Of a stretch of 64,000 nucleotides of DNA, positions 1-8,943 are shown piece after piece. Location: assembly GCA_022822375.1 (NCBI GenBank), contig JAJEBU010000100.1:558-64557 (forward strand), read 5' to 3'. Under the pieces are notes generated by a model. That model was not told the DNA's origin. It did no database searches and saw nothing but the letters and a program-made list of their open reading frames with translations. The position numbers and the translations under genes are program-made. Each line of letters starts with the position of its first letter. Position 1 is the stretch's first letter. The DNA comes from Dehalococcoidia bacterium. GTDB taxonomy: Bacteria; Chloroflexota; Dehalococcoidia; Bin125.

Positions 1-294
1 CAGTTCATCAAGATTCGGCGCTAAGGTCCATCTGTTCATGAGCAGCGCGGCCGTGGAAACCACCACATTTGCGACGAAGAGCCCGGCAGCCACTGTCACT
101 GCGGTCGCCGTCGCTTCACGGTCGGCGGACTCAGCGAAGAGCAGCGCAGATCCCAGCAGTGCGACCATCGCCGCTGCCAGAGCGAAGGAACTGGCCAGTC
201 GACTATCCAATGCCGCCCCGTAGCTCAACTGCTCCTGCAGGCGCCACAGCGCCACTTCATGAGCAATCCTGGTCGAGGAGGTTTCGTCAGCCAT
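1..294 (-). CDS. hypothetical membrane protein, 5' part only; the gene runs off the window start
   Basis: An ATG at ~292-294 on the minus strand opens a frame with no stop before position 1, which is why it is absent from the ORF track. The translation starts MADETLLDRIAHEVALWRLQEQL... and is followed by long hydrophobic stretches. Coding-like GC3. It starts 6 nt after the stop of the upstream cupin gene, suggesting an operon. Confidence 0.35.
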   Translation of the reverse strand, partial: MADETSSTRIAHEVALWRLQEQLSYGAALDSRLASSFALAAAMVALLGSALLFAESADREATATAVTVAAGLFVANVVVSTAALLMNRWTLAPNLDEL

Positions 295-299
295 GAGGC

Positions 300-605
300 T
301 TAGCCCAGGCCGGATGCGTGCTCACCGCCCGATGGTCCGTAGAAGACCACCCAGACCGCCAGATCGTCGCTGAACTCCTCGAACCGATGACGGACCCCAG
401 CGCCGACGAAGAAGGTGTCGCCGGGCGCTACTGCCATCTGCTCATCGCCCAGCGCGAACACGCCGGTCCCTGAGGCCACGATGTACACCTCGTCCTGATC
501 GTGCGGCGACTGTTTGTCCACATTCTGCGGCGTGTACAAGCCAACGGACATCGTCCCGTGACGCAACATCTCCTGATACTCGCTGGGAAGCACGCGGTTC
601 GCCAT
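300..605 (-). CDS. cupin domain protein (RmlC-like cupin fold)
   Basis: A 101-aa ORF with cupin motifs (GDTFFVGAGVRHRFEE...LAVWVVFYGP). True ATG at 603-605. Confidence 0.7.
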   Translation of the reverse strand: MANRVLPSEYQEMLRHGTMSVGLYTPQNVDKQSPHDQDEVYIVASGTGVFALGDEQMAVAPGDTFFVGAGVRHRFEEFSDDLAVWVVFYGPSGGEHASGLG

Positions 606-667
606 CTGGTCCTCCTGTGTTGATTGAGCTCAGCATATGCTCGAAGCGACTGTCGACCCGAAGGGAC

Positions 668-1201
668 ATGACTATGACGTTGACACAGCTCGAGGTGATC
701 CAAGAAGGCCTCAACGGCATGCACGCGATGCTCGATCGCGCGGTGCCACAGATGACCGCTGAACAGTGGAACGCGCGTCCCGCCGGCGACGGTGTCAGCG
801 CCTTCTTCAGCCTCTGGCACTATGTCCGCACCGAAGACAACATCGTCAACTGGGTCGTTCACCGTCGCCCGACGGTCTGGATCGACGGCGGCTGGGACGA
901 ACACTTCGGCTTGCACCGCACGTCGCAGGGCACCGGCATGACCAAGAGCGAGGCAGACGCGGTCCTGCTCACCGATGTCGACGGCTGGCTGCGCTACCAG
1001 CAGAGCGTCTGGGACGTCACGCGCGAGTGGGTCGGCACCCTCAGCGACGACGACCTGGGCAACGAGATCGTCATCCGTCCCACGCCGCCGATGACCATCT
1101 GGCAGGCGCTGACCGGCATGCTGCTCTACCACGGCTATCGGCACGTCGGAGAGGTCGAGCACGCACGGGGCCTGGTCGGTCTCGGCGGCCTGACAATCTA
1201 G
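668..1201 (+). CDS. DinB-family (DinB_2/YfiT-like) metal-dependent protein
   Basis: ORF 617..1201. An internal ATG at 668 (MTMTLTQLEV...) removes an Arg-rich wrong-looking leader. The C-terminal LLYHGYRHVGEVEH and FFSLWHYVRTEDN His-rich motifs are typical of the DinB_2 four-helix bundle. Confidence 0.6.
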   Translation: MTMTLTQLEVIQEGLNGMHAMLDRAVPQMTAEQWNARPAGDGVSAFFSLWHYVRTEDNIVNWVVHRRPTVWIDGGWDEHFGLHRTSQGTGMTKSEADAVLLTDVDGWLRYQQSVWDVTREWVGTLSDDDLGNEIVIRPTPPMTIWQALTGMLLYHGYRHVGEVEHARGLVGLGGLTI

Positions 1202-1220
1202 CGACGGGAGCTCGGTGGGA

Positions 1221-2156
1221 CTAGAAGATCGCGATCGGATTGACCGGCGATCCTGTTCCGCCCTGGATGTTCAGCGGCAGCACGCAGAGCAACATCTCGT
1301 AGCGGCCTTCCTCCGCGCAGGCGTCGGCCAGCGGCTGCAGCAGGGCGTTGTCGAGCAGGACCACGCCGAAGCTGTAGATCACTCCGTGCACAGGCCAGGC
1401 CAGACCGTACTCGCTGGGCCGTTGATCCATCATGTCCCAGCCCAGAAGCGCCACGTCGTGGTCTCGGATGTAGATGCTGCATGACGCATGCAGCCCAGGC
1501 GACGGCGGCTGTCCGAAGAAGTCGTTCGGGTGTTCAGCCTGATAGGCCTCGCGTCCCGAATACACGAGCAGTGCGTCGCCGGGCTCGACCGTCACGCCCT
1601 GAGAGTCGGCGATGTCTGCCAACTCGGCGCCCATCACGGGCTGATCGAACGTGACATACGGCTCGCCGCGAAACCTGGGCACGTCGAGCAGAACTGCCCT
1701 CGTGAAGATGCCGCTGTTCCACGCCGTGACGTCCGCAAACGTGGCGCCGCTCGCCGAATCGATCGCCTCCTGCGGATCGCGGCCTTGCCAGATGCCGTCC
1801 TGATCCCAGATATGGCACAGCGCGTCGACGTGCGTGAATGTGTGACCGTGATAGACAAACCCGTAGTAGTCGACCACCGCGCCATCGCCCGCATCGCCTC
1901 GATCGAACGTGCGCATGAAGTGCTGCGCCGGCGTCGGATTGGTCGCCGATGGGTCCTTTGGATACGGCCGCGACAGCGACACCGTTCGACCGCTCTGGAC
2001 CGAACTCAACGCAGCGAGACGTTTCTCCACCGTGACGAGGTTGATCGCTCCGACCGCATCGTCGTTGCCCCAGCGACCCCAGTTGCGCCGTTCCTTGAAG
2101 TTGCGCATGATGTCGTCGCGGCTTGGGGACGGATACCGCTCTGCGTGCGTGGTCAT
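1221..2156 (-). CDS. cyclase family protein (kynurenine formamidase-like metal-dependent hydrolase)
   Basis: ORF 1221..2381 trimmed to the internal ATG at aa 76 (MTTHAERYPS...). Sequence upstream of it matches AAGGGAAG, a plausible RBS. HGHTFTHVDALCHIWD and later Asp/His motifs fit the cyclase family (PF04199). Confidence 0.75.
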   Translation of the reverse strand: MTTHAERYPSPSRDDIMRNFKERRNWGRWGNDDAVGAINLVTVEKRLAALSSVQSGRTVSLSRPYPKDPSATNPTPAQHFMRTFDRGDAGDGAVVDYYGFVYHGHTFTHVDALCHIWDQDGIWQGRDPQEAIDSASGATFADVTAWNSGIFTRAVLLDVPRFRGEPYVTFDQPVMGAELADIADSQGVTVEPGDALLVYSGREAYQAEHPNDFFGQPPSPGLHASCSIYIRDHDVALLGWDMMDQRPSEYGLAWPVHGVIYSFGVVLLDNALLQPLADACAEEGRYEMLLCVLPLNIQGGTGSPVNPIAIF

Positions 2157-2254
2157 GTCGCTTCCCTTCCAGGATCGGCATCGATACTCGCGAAGATAGC
2201 CTTGGGCGATATCCTCTGTGATGAACGACCGCAGACAGGTAGACAGGACGACCC

Positions 2255-3103
2255 ATGACCGATTTTGGCGTATCGATGTTCCCGACCGACTATGCGATTC
2301 AGCCCATGGAGCTCGCTCGCGAAGCGGAAGCGCGGGGATTCGAGTCTCTCTGGTTCCCGGAGCACACGCACATCCCGACATCGCGCATCTCGCCCTGGCC
2401 GGGCGGTGGCGATCTGCCGCAGGAGTACTGGCACACGCACGACCCGTATGTCTCCCTGATGGCCGCCGCCGCGGCGACCGAGACGATCAAGGTGGGCACC
2501 GGCATCCTGCTCGTCCCCGAGCACGACGTCCTCGTCGCGGCCAAGTCGGCAGCCTCGCTGGACATGATCTCCGGCGGACGCCTGATCCTCGGCATCGGCG
2601 CGGGCTGGAATGCGGAAGAGCTCGAGAATCACGGCTGGAACTTCAAGGATCGCTGGAAGGTGACGCGCGAGATCGTGCTCGCCTGGCGTGAGCTCTGGTC
2701 TCAGGACGAGCCCGAGTTCCATGGCGAGTTCATCGACTTCGACCCGGTCTGGAGCTACCCAAAGCCCGTCGACGGCGACGTGCCAATCCTGCTTGGCGCG
2801 CAGTCCAAATGGTCCTTCGACCGCGTCGTCGACTACTGCGACGGTTGGCTGCCGATCAACGGGCGCGGCGACCTGCGCGCTGACATGGAGCAGCTGCGCG
2901 CCTCCGCCGACCGTGCCGAGCGAGACTTCGACACGATTCAGCGCAGCGTCTTCGGCGTCGGACCGGACGCGGGGCAGGTACAGAACCTGATCGACATCGG
3001 CTTCCAGCGGATCATCTTCGGGCTGCCGCCTGCCGAGGCAGGCACGGTCGTTCCGCTCCTTGACCGCTACACCGAGCTCAAGGCTGAGTTCAACGGCGGC
3101 TGA
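2255..3103 (+). CDS. LLM-class F420-dependent oxidoreductase (luciferase-like TIM barrel)
   Basis: A 282-aa ORF. The N-terminal MTDFGVSMFPTDYAIQP...EARGFESLWFPEHTH and mid-region GGRLILGIGAGWNAEE motifs fit the TIGR03619-type F420-dependent LLM family. Divergent from the cyclase gene across a 98-bp intergenic region. Confidence 0.8.
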   Translation: MTDFGVSMFPTDYAIQPMELAREAEARGFESLWFPEHTHIPTSRISPWPGGGDLPQEYWHTHDPYVSLMAAAAATETIKVGTGILLVPEHDVLVAAKSAASLDMISGGRLILGIGAGWNAEELENHGWNFKDRWKVTREIVLAWRELWSQDEPEFHGEFIDFDPVWSYPKPVDGDVPILLGAQSKWSFDRVVDYCDGWLPINGRGDLRADMEQLRASADRAERDFDTIQRSVFGVGPDAGQVQNLIDIGFQRIIFGLPPAEAGTVVPLLDRYTELKAEFNGG

Positions 3104-3137
3104 TCGAGGCGGCTATTCGAGGCGGCGGGACGGCGCG

Positions 3138-3944
3138 ATGGACACCGATCTTCCAAGCGATCGGCTTTCGCGAGCCCGCTTCCGCGAACTGCAGCGGTTG
3201 ACGTCCGCCAAGGGACGCCGAGAGAACAATCAGTTTCTGATTGACGGCGAGAAGCTGGTTCGAGATGCGCTCGCGGCCTCCGCGCCCGTCACGGAAATCC
3301 TCAGCGTCGAGCCCGCGCTGTGGCGCGACGCCCCCGTTGCGGTCACGCAGATCAGCGAGGCCGACGCGGAGCGCCTGTCGGACACCCGCACGCCCCAGGG
3401 CCACTTGGCCGTCGTGCGAGATGAGCTGGCTCCACTCGCCGTCCCTGATGGTGAGCGGTGGCAGGTCGTCGCACTCGACGGCGTGCAGGACGCGGGCAAC
3501 GTTGGCGGAATCATCCGCTCAGCCGCAGCGTTCGGCGTCGACGCCGTGCTCGTCGGGCAGGGCAGCGCCAATCTGACCCATCCGCGCACGACCCGAGCAG
3601 CGACCGGCGCCTGGTTCCGCGTCAGAATCGCGCGATCGAACGATCTCTCCGCCGATCTCCAGATGATGCGCGATGCTGGTGCTGCCATCATCGCTGCCGA
3701 CCGCGATGGCTCAGCGTTGGACGACTTGGTGGACGACGTGCAGCTGGCCAGCCCCGTCGTCTGGGTGTTCGGCAGTGAAGGCGCAGGCGTTAGCGCGGCG
3801 CTCAGCCCGTTGATCGATCAGCTGGTCGCCGTGCCAATCGCGGACGGCGTCGACTCGCTGAATGTCAACGTGGCGGCCGGCATCATCCTCCACCATTCGC
3901 ACCGACTACGCAGGAATGCAGACATCGACGGGAGCTCCGAATGA
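3138..3944 (+). CDS. TrmH/SpoU-family RNA 2'-O-methyltransferase
   Basis: ORF 3060..3944; the first in-frame ATG (MDTDLPSD) is at 3138. It has the SpoU/TrmH motifs (ALDGVQDAGNVGGIIRSAAAFG, VWVFGSEGAGVS, SLNVNVAAGIILHH) and an N-terminal substrate-binding region. Its stop overlaps the xthA start (ATGA). Confidence 0.75.
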   Translation: MDTDLPSDRLSRARFRELQRLTSAKGRRENNQFLIDGEKLVRDALAASAPVTEILSVEPALWRDAPVAVTQISEADAERLSDTRTPQGHLAVVRDELAPLAVPDGERWQVVALDGVQDAGNVGGIIRSAAAFGVDAVLVGQGSANLTHPRTTRAATGAWFRVRIARSNDLSADLQMMRDAGAAIIAADRDGSALDDLVDDVQLASPVVWVFGSEGAGVSAALSPLIDQLVAVPIADGVDSLNVNVAAGIILHHSHRLRRNADIDGSSE

Positions 3945-4723
3945 AGATCACGACGTGGAACGTCAACTCCATTCGCGCGCGTGAGGACCGAGTGCTGAAC
4001 TGGATCGATCAGCATCAGCCCGACGTCCTCTGCCTGCAGGAGTTGAAGTGCACAGAGGAGCAGTTCCCATTCGACGGCTTCGACGAGCTGGGCTACCACG
4101 TGATCATCCACGGACAGAAGTCCTACAACGGCGTGGCAATCGCTTCGCTGTCCTACCCCGACGAGGTCGAGCCGGCCGTGCCTTGGCCCGAAGACGACCA
4201 GTCGCGCGGCATCGCAGCCGTGATCGATGGGGTGCGCGTCGTCAGCCTGTATTGCCCGAACGGACGCACCGTGGGACACGAGATGTACGACTACAAGCTG
4301 CGTTGGTTCGATCGACTGAACGACTGGCTCTCCACCTGGGCACCCAGCGACGACATTGTTCTGACCGGCGACTTCAACATCACCTTCGACGACCGCGACG
4401 TCCACGATCCCGAGTCGTGGCGAGACAAGATTCTCTGCTCCGAACCTGAACGAGACCGACTCAACGCGCTGATTGACTGGGGCCTGACCGACGCGTTGCG
4501 GCTCTTCGACGAGTCGGGCGGCGTCTACACCTGGTGGGACTACCGAACGGGCGGCGTGCTGCAGAATCAGGGCCTCAGAATCGATCACCACCTGATCAGC
4601 TCGCCGCTCGTCGAGCGCGCCGCCGCGGTCGAGATCGACATCGAAGAGCGCAAGCAGGAGGGCGATGGCGACAAACCGTCCGACCACGCGCCGGTCACGC
4701 TCGTCCTCGACGATGGCCCCTAG
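3941..4723 (+). CDS. xthA: exodeoxyribonuclease III (AP endonuclease, EEP family)
   Basis: MKITTWNVNSIRAR...LCLQELK...GDFNI...SDHAPV are canonical ExoIII/Xth motifs. 260 aa. Confidence 0.9.
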   Translation: MKITTWNVNSIRAREDRVLNWIDQHQPDVLCLQELKCTEEQFPFDGFDELGYHVIIHGQKSYNGVAIASLSYPDEVEPAVPWPEDDQSRGIAAVIDGVRVVSLYCPNGRTVGHEMYDYKLRWFDRLNDWLSTWAPSDDIVLTGDFNITFDDRDVHDPESWRDKILCSEPERDRLNALIDWGLTDALRLFDESGGVYTWWDYRTGGVLQNQGLRIDHHLISSPLVERAAAVEIDIEERKQEGDGDKPSDHAPVTLVLDDGP

Positions 4724-5499
4724 GGCCGCCAGACGCGGCAGCCGCGCTCGCAGGACACGCCGTCGCCATCGCCGTCACCGAGTGGGCTGTAGCAGGAACT
4801 TCCTCGATAGCACGGACCGATGGTCACCCATCCGCCGCCCGAGCTTGAGCTGTTATCCGCACGAGTCGTGTCGGAATGCACCACGGGACTGCGGTAGACG
4901 CGGCAGCCGAGCTCGCAGGACACGCCGTCGCCATCGGCGTCGAACCGAGCCTGATAGCCGAACGATTCCTGGTAGCACGGACCGATCGTCACCCAGCCGG
5001 TCGCGGTCGAGCGGCAGGACGAGTCGGAAACCCGAACGGACGCTTGAGCCTCTGTGTCGTCCTCGCTCTTGGCCTCGCTCTTGGCCTCGAGCAGGTAGTC
5101 GTTCATCTGCCGATTGACGTCGTTCGTTCGCCACGCGATCACCCCGACGAAGCGGTCGTAACTGGTCTCGCCGGACCACTTGAAGATCCAAAGCAGGCTG
5201 GCCGATAGCACACGCTGAAGCTCTGCCCGTGCGGCCTCACCGCCGGGTTCATCGAGCTCTGGGGCGTCCACATCTTCGAGGCGGATGCGGTACTCCGTAC
5301 CAGAGTTGCAGTCCTCGGCGATCACGGTGTCGCCGTCGATGACATATTCGAGCCAGAAACAGCCGCCTGGCTTGAATGAGCGTTCGGCGTGGGCCGAGGT
5401 CAGCGCCGACACCAGTCCCAGAATCAGCGCCAGCGCCGCGACCGCAAGCAGGCATCGCCTGAACGTGAGACCACGGAGGCTCGGATCATGTGAGTACAT
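4720..5499 (-). CDS. secreted thermonuclease (SNase-like) with two C-terminal Excalibur Ca-binding repeats
   Basis: ORF 4720..5652 trimmed to the internal ATG at aa 52 (MYSHDPSLRGLTF...), which is followed by a hydrophobic signal/anchor. The SNase core is ...VIDGDTVIAED...YRIRLEDVDAPE.... Two repeats carry DxDGDGVSCE(L/R)GCRV (Excalibur, DxDxDGxxCE). Convergent with xthA with a 4-bp overlap. Confidence 0.75.
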   Translation of the reverse strand: MYSHDPSLRGLTFRRCLLAVAALALILGLVSALTSAHAERSFKPGGCFWLEYVIDGDTVIAEDCNSGTEYRIRLEDVDAPELDEPGGEAARAELQRVLSASLLWIFKWSGETSYDRFVGVIAWRTNDVNRQMNDYLLEAKSEAKSEDDTEAQASVRVSDSSCRSTATGWVTIGPCYQESFGYQARFDADGDGVSCELGCRVYRSPVVHSDTTRADNSSSSGGGWVTIGPCYRGSSCYSPLGDGDGDGVSCERGCRVWRP

Positions 5500-5536
5500 A
5501 CGTGCAAGATACAGCAATCGTACTGCCGTTGATCGC

Positions 5537-6946
5537 CTACAGCGCGAGCGTCGGAACCTCCGGCGCGGACTCCTCCAGGACGGCAGCGCAGCGGATTGCC
5601 GTGACGTCCGCGCCGGGACGGGCGATGACCTGGACCGAGATGGGCAGACCATCCGCGTCGAGACCCATCGGCATGGCGACCGCCGGTGCCTGGATCAGGT
5701 TTGCGAGCGGCGTGTAGAGGATTGAAATCGTCCACGGGCTGACGGAGCGTCCAGCAATCTCTTCAATCCGCGCGCCATGCTCGTGTGCCGCAATCGCGCT
5801 CGTCGGCGTGAGCAGCACGTCAAACTCTTCGAACCAGGCCTCCATGCTGCGAGACAGCAGATCCAGCTTCGCGTATGCCTCGGCGACCTGGATACCGGTC
5901 AGGCCGCTGCCGCGACGCAGACTGCCCCGCGTGTAATCACTGAGGTCGTCCTCTCGTCCGATGCAAAGCGCGCCGTAGTTGGCCGCGGCACCAACGGCCG
6001 AGAGCGTCGGGAAGATATCGTTGGGGTCGCCGATTTCAGGCGACGCCGGACTCAACGAGGCGCCGGCGTCACGCAGGATCGCCGCCGCGCGTTCGACGGC
6101 GGCGACGATCTGCGGGTCGCATGGCGTCGGCCAGCCAAGCTCGGTCGTCACCGCGACTCGCAGACCATCCAGACGGGCCGGTTGGGCGGCCGCGCTGAAG
6201 TCCTGCGGTACCTGACGCAGCGGCGCTGGATCCGCGTCGTGCGCTCCGCAGATGACGTCGAGCATGAGCGCCGCATCGGCGATGGATCGCGCCAGGACGC
6301 CGTCGGTCGAGATTTGGGACATGCCGGCGCCCCGTACACGACGGGGGATGCGACGGCCGGTCGGCTTGACTCCTACGACGCCGCAATAGGCCGCGGGGAC
6401 GCGCACCGATCCGCCGCCGTCGGTGCCATGATGCAGCGGTCCGAAGCCCGCCGCGCACGCCGCGGCCGCACCGCCGCTCGATCCGCCCGCGGTTCGAGCC
6501 ACATTCCACGGATTCACGGTCGTCGGAGCGACCCGGTTCATCGTCTGGGCCGCCAGACCAAACTCAGAGGTGTTCGTCTTGCCCAGGAAGACCGATCCTG
6601 CGTCGCGCAGGCGCTCAACAAACAACTCGTCACGCGCAGCCGGCGCATGTGACGTGACGAGCGATCCCATCGTCGTCGGCGCACCCTCGAGATCGACGAG
6701 GTCCTTCAACGTCACGGGTATGCCCAGAAGCGGCGCGCGCTCGCCGCCGTCGGCCAACCAGCGGCGTTCAGCGTCTCGCGCCTGATCGCGGGCTGAATCG
6801 GCCATGAGCGTAATGAAGGCGTGCAGCGAGGGCTCGTGCTCGTCGATCCGCGCCAAGATCGCGTCGATCACGTCGACCGGCGACAGCTCCCGCGATTGGT
6901 AGCTGCGCCGCAACTCCAGCGCGCTCAGGTCAGAGATGGCAGTCAT
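5537..6946 (-). CDS. amidase (amidase-signature family)
   Basis: A 469-aa ORF with the AS-family core (GGSSGGAAAACAAGFGPLHHGTDGGGSVRVPAAYCGVVGVKPT). Its ATG at 6944-6946 abuts the stop of the upstream peptidase, suggesting an operon. Confidence 0.85.
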   Translation of the reverse strand: MTAISDLSALELRRSYQSRELSPVDVIDAILARIDEHEPSLHAFITLMADSARDQARDAERRWLADGGERAPLLGIPVTLKDLVDLEGAPTTMGSLVTSHAPAARDELFVERLRDAGSVFLGKTNTSEFGLAAQTMNRVAPTTVNPWNVARTAGGSSGGAAAACAAGFGPLHHGTDGGGSVRVPAAYCGVVGVKPTGRRIPRRVRGAGMSQISTDGVLARSIADAALMLDVICGAHDADPAPLRQVPQDFSAAAQPARLDGLRVAVTTELGWPTPCDPQIVAAVERAAAILRDAGASLSPASPEIGDPNDIFPTLSAVGAAANYGALCIGREDDLSDYTRGSLRRGSGLTGIQVAEAYAKLDLLSRSMEAWFEEFDVLLTPTSAIAAHEHGARIEEIAGRSVSPWTISILYTPLANLIQAPAVAMPMGLDADGLPISVQVIARPGADVTAIRCAAVLEESAPEVPTLAL

Positions 6947-8914
6947 CTAGAGGTTCTCGATCTGCACTGGCGTAATCTCGCCGGCCGGCGTGAATCCGAA
7001 GATGCGGCCGTAGAAGTCCAGCTCGGCCTCCGTCGCCCGCTGGATGTTCGCCGCCTGACGGAATCCGTGCTGCTCACCCTCGAAGGCGATGTATGCGACC
7101 GGCAGTCCTTTCCTGCGCAGCGCGTCCACCATCCGCTCGGCCTGATTGGGAGGCACGATCTTGTCTTCGAGTCCTTGCAGGAAAATGATGGGACAGGACA
7201 GTCGATCAACCGCGTGGATCGGCGATCGCTGCTCGTACAACTCTGCGCGCTCGGGATACGGCCCAATCAGCGAGTCGAGATAGCGCGACTCGAACTTGTG
7301 CGTGTCTTCAGCCAACGCAGATGCATCGGACACGCCGTAGTACGACGCTCCCGCCGTGAAGACGTCACCAAACGTCAGCGCGCACAGCGTCGTGTAGCCG
7401 CCAGCCGAGCCGCCGCGGATGGCCAGCCGCGCCGAGTCCACAGCCCCTCGCTCCACCAGATACAGCGCCGCCGCTTCGCAATCCTCGCGGTCAACGATGC
7501 CCCAGTTGCCGTTCAACGACCGCCGGTACTCCGTGCCGTAACCGGTCGAGCCTCCGTAGTTCACGTCGACGACTGCGAATCCGCGCGTCGTCCAATACTG
7601 CACAGCGAGGCCAAAGCCGGGATTCGTCGCGCTGGTCGGTCCGCCGTGGATGAACGTGACCAGCGGGGGCAGCTCGCCTTCGGGCGCCTGGAACTCAGGA
7701 TTGCGCGGCGCGTAGTAGTAGGCGTGCGACGTTCGCCCACCCGTCGTGGGATAAGAGATCGGTTCGGCCTCGGAGAGATAGCTGGGATCGATCTCGGGGG
7801 CGTTCGAGGCGCGCAGGGTCTCGACCTCGCCGCTCTCAACGTCAATGGCGACGATGGACGGTCCGACGACGGCGCCGGCCGGCGCGCAGACGACTCGGTT
7901 GCCACAGACGGCGGTGAAGAACCCAAACGTGTTGAACGGCGTAGAGATATCGGTCAACGATCCTGATTCGACATCGATCACACCGATTCGGCGGCCATCC
8001 GCGTTGCCATACTGCGCGGCGATTCGGCCATCGTCGAGAACGCCGTAGGAGCTGATCGAGAACTCCCACATCGGCTGGCCAAACTCTGCCTCCATCGTCA
8101 GGACGGGGACGAGCTGGTCGCCGTCGAAGCGATGGATGTTCCACCAGCCCGACGCGTCGGAGACGCAGTAGAGCGTGCCGTCAGGTCCCCACTGCGGCTC
8201 TGTGATCGAGACCGTGCCCTCGGTATCGCCGGCGATCCGTCGCGGTGAGAGTAAGCCGCCCCGAGCGGAGACCTCAGCCAGCCAGAGTTCGGTTGCGTCC
8301 CACGGCATGTTGGGATGGTTCCAGCAGATCCACGCCAAACGTCGGCCGTCAGGACTCAGGCGCGGCGACGAGCAGAAGTCAAAACCCTCGTGCAACCGCT
8401 CAATCTCGTCAGCGTCCGCCGCGCTGCCGTCGATTGGAACGGCGCCGATGTAGTTCTCCGCCTCCAAGCCGTCGCGCCGGTGATCCTCGACGACGCAGAT
8501 CAGGCGTCCGTGCTCGTCATCAACCACCGCATCGGCGAAGCGAATCGGCAGCTCGGGACTGAGCGGCGTCGGCTGGTCTGAACCGTCGACGGCGCGGCGA
8601 TAGAGCCGTTGATCGGTGAAGTTGGAGAAGTACGCGATGCCGTTGGACACGGCCAGCGAACCGCCGCCATACTCGTGAACGAGCGTGCGCGCGCTGAACT
8701 CGGATGTGGTCACTTCGCTGAGCTCGCCAGCGGCGCTGTAGCGCATCGCTGCGTAGCGCCCTTGCTCGTCGGGCCTCGACTCGACCCAATAGATGTCACC
8801 GTCAGACACGTCAATCTCGTCGAACCGCAGCGCGCCGGCGGTCAGCATCTCGGTCGCGATGGGAGACTCCCAGGACCCATACGGTGCGACGCGGATTCCA
8901 GATTGTTCACCCAT
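6947..8914 (-). CDS. S9-family serine peptidase (prolyl oligopeptidase/DPP-like) with an N-terminal beta-propeller
   Basis: ORF 6947..8935 (TTG start in the track). The internal ATG at 8914 (MGEQSGIRVAPYGSW) is preceded by an AGGAGGGA-type RBS. The C-terminal alpha/beta hydrolase carries GGSAGGYTT (GxSxGG) and Asp/His downstream. Confidence 0.85.
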   Translation of the reverse strand: MGEQSGIRVAPYGSWESPIATEMLTAGALRFDEIDVSDGDIYWVESRPDEQGRYAAMRYSAAGELSEVTTSEFSARTLVHEYGGGSLAVSNGIAYFSNFTDQRLYRRAVDGSDQPTPLSPELPIRFADAVVDDEHGRLICVVEDHRRDGLEAENYIGAVPIDGSAADADEIERLHEGFDFCSSPRLSPDGRRLAWICWNHPNMPWDATELWLAEVSARGGLLSPRRIAGDTEGTVSITEPQWGPDGTLYCVSDASGWWNIHRFDGDQLVPVLTMEAEFGQPMWEFSISSYGVLDDGRIAAQYGNADGRRIGVIDVESGSLTDISTPFNTFGFFTAVCGNRVVCAPAGAVVGPSIVAIDVESGEVETLRASNAPEIDPSYLSEAEPISYPTTGGRTSHAYYYAPRNPEFQAPEGELPPLVTFIHGGPTSATNPGFGLAVQYWTTRGFAVVDVNYGGSTGYGTEYRRSLNGNWGIVDREDCEAAALYLVERGAVDSARLAIRGGSAGGYTTLCALTFGDVFTAGASYYGVSDASALAEDTHKFESRYLDSLIGPYPERAELYEQRSPIHAVDRLSCPIIFLQGLEDKIVPPNQAERMVDALRRKGLPVAYIAFEGEQHGFRQAANIQRATEAELDFYGRIFGFTPAGEITPVQIENL

Positions 8915-8943
8915 CGAACATCCCTCCTGATCCAAAATCTGCG

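Noticed and set aside
428-1162. Long antisense or out-of-frame ORFs throughout the six-frame track (for example 428..1162-, 6821..7966+, 13743..15551+, 22457..23860-, 25360..26418-, 35739..36602+, 38670..39869+, 55043..56152-, 59388..60437+)
   Set aside because: All lie opposite or out of frame to genes with clear family signatures. Their translations are Arg/Ala/Pro-rich low-complexity sequence, typical of stop-codon-poor frames in 67%-GC DNA. None shows a domain motif.
3890-3945. Apparent frameshifts or extra C bases relative to the ORF track (near 3900, 41265, 32722)
   Set aside because: My character-by-character reading of a few C-runs was 1 nt out of register with coordinates implied by ORF-track arithmetic. 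The register recovers within tens of bp. Because the track was computed from the same window, I treat these as reading errors on my side and not as pseudogenes. Hand-derived coordinates therefore carry +/-1-2 nt uncertainty.
8884-8943. Upstream extensions of ppc (TTG start at 8884) and the peptidase (TTG at 8935) that would make the two divergent genes overlap
   Set aside because: The track counts alternative start codons as Met. Internal ATGs at 8944 and 8914 give non-overlapping genes with conserved N-termini, and the peptidase start has a strong AGGAGGGA RBS.
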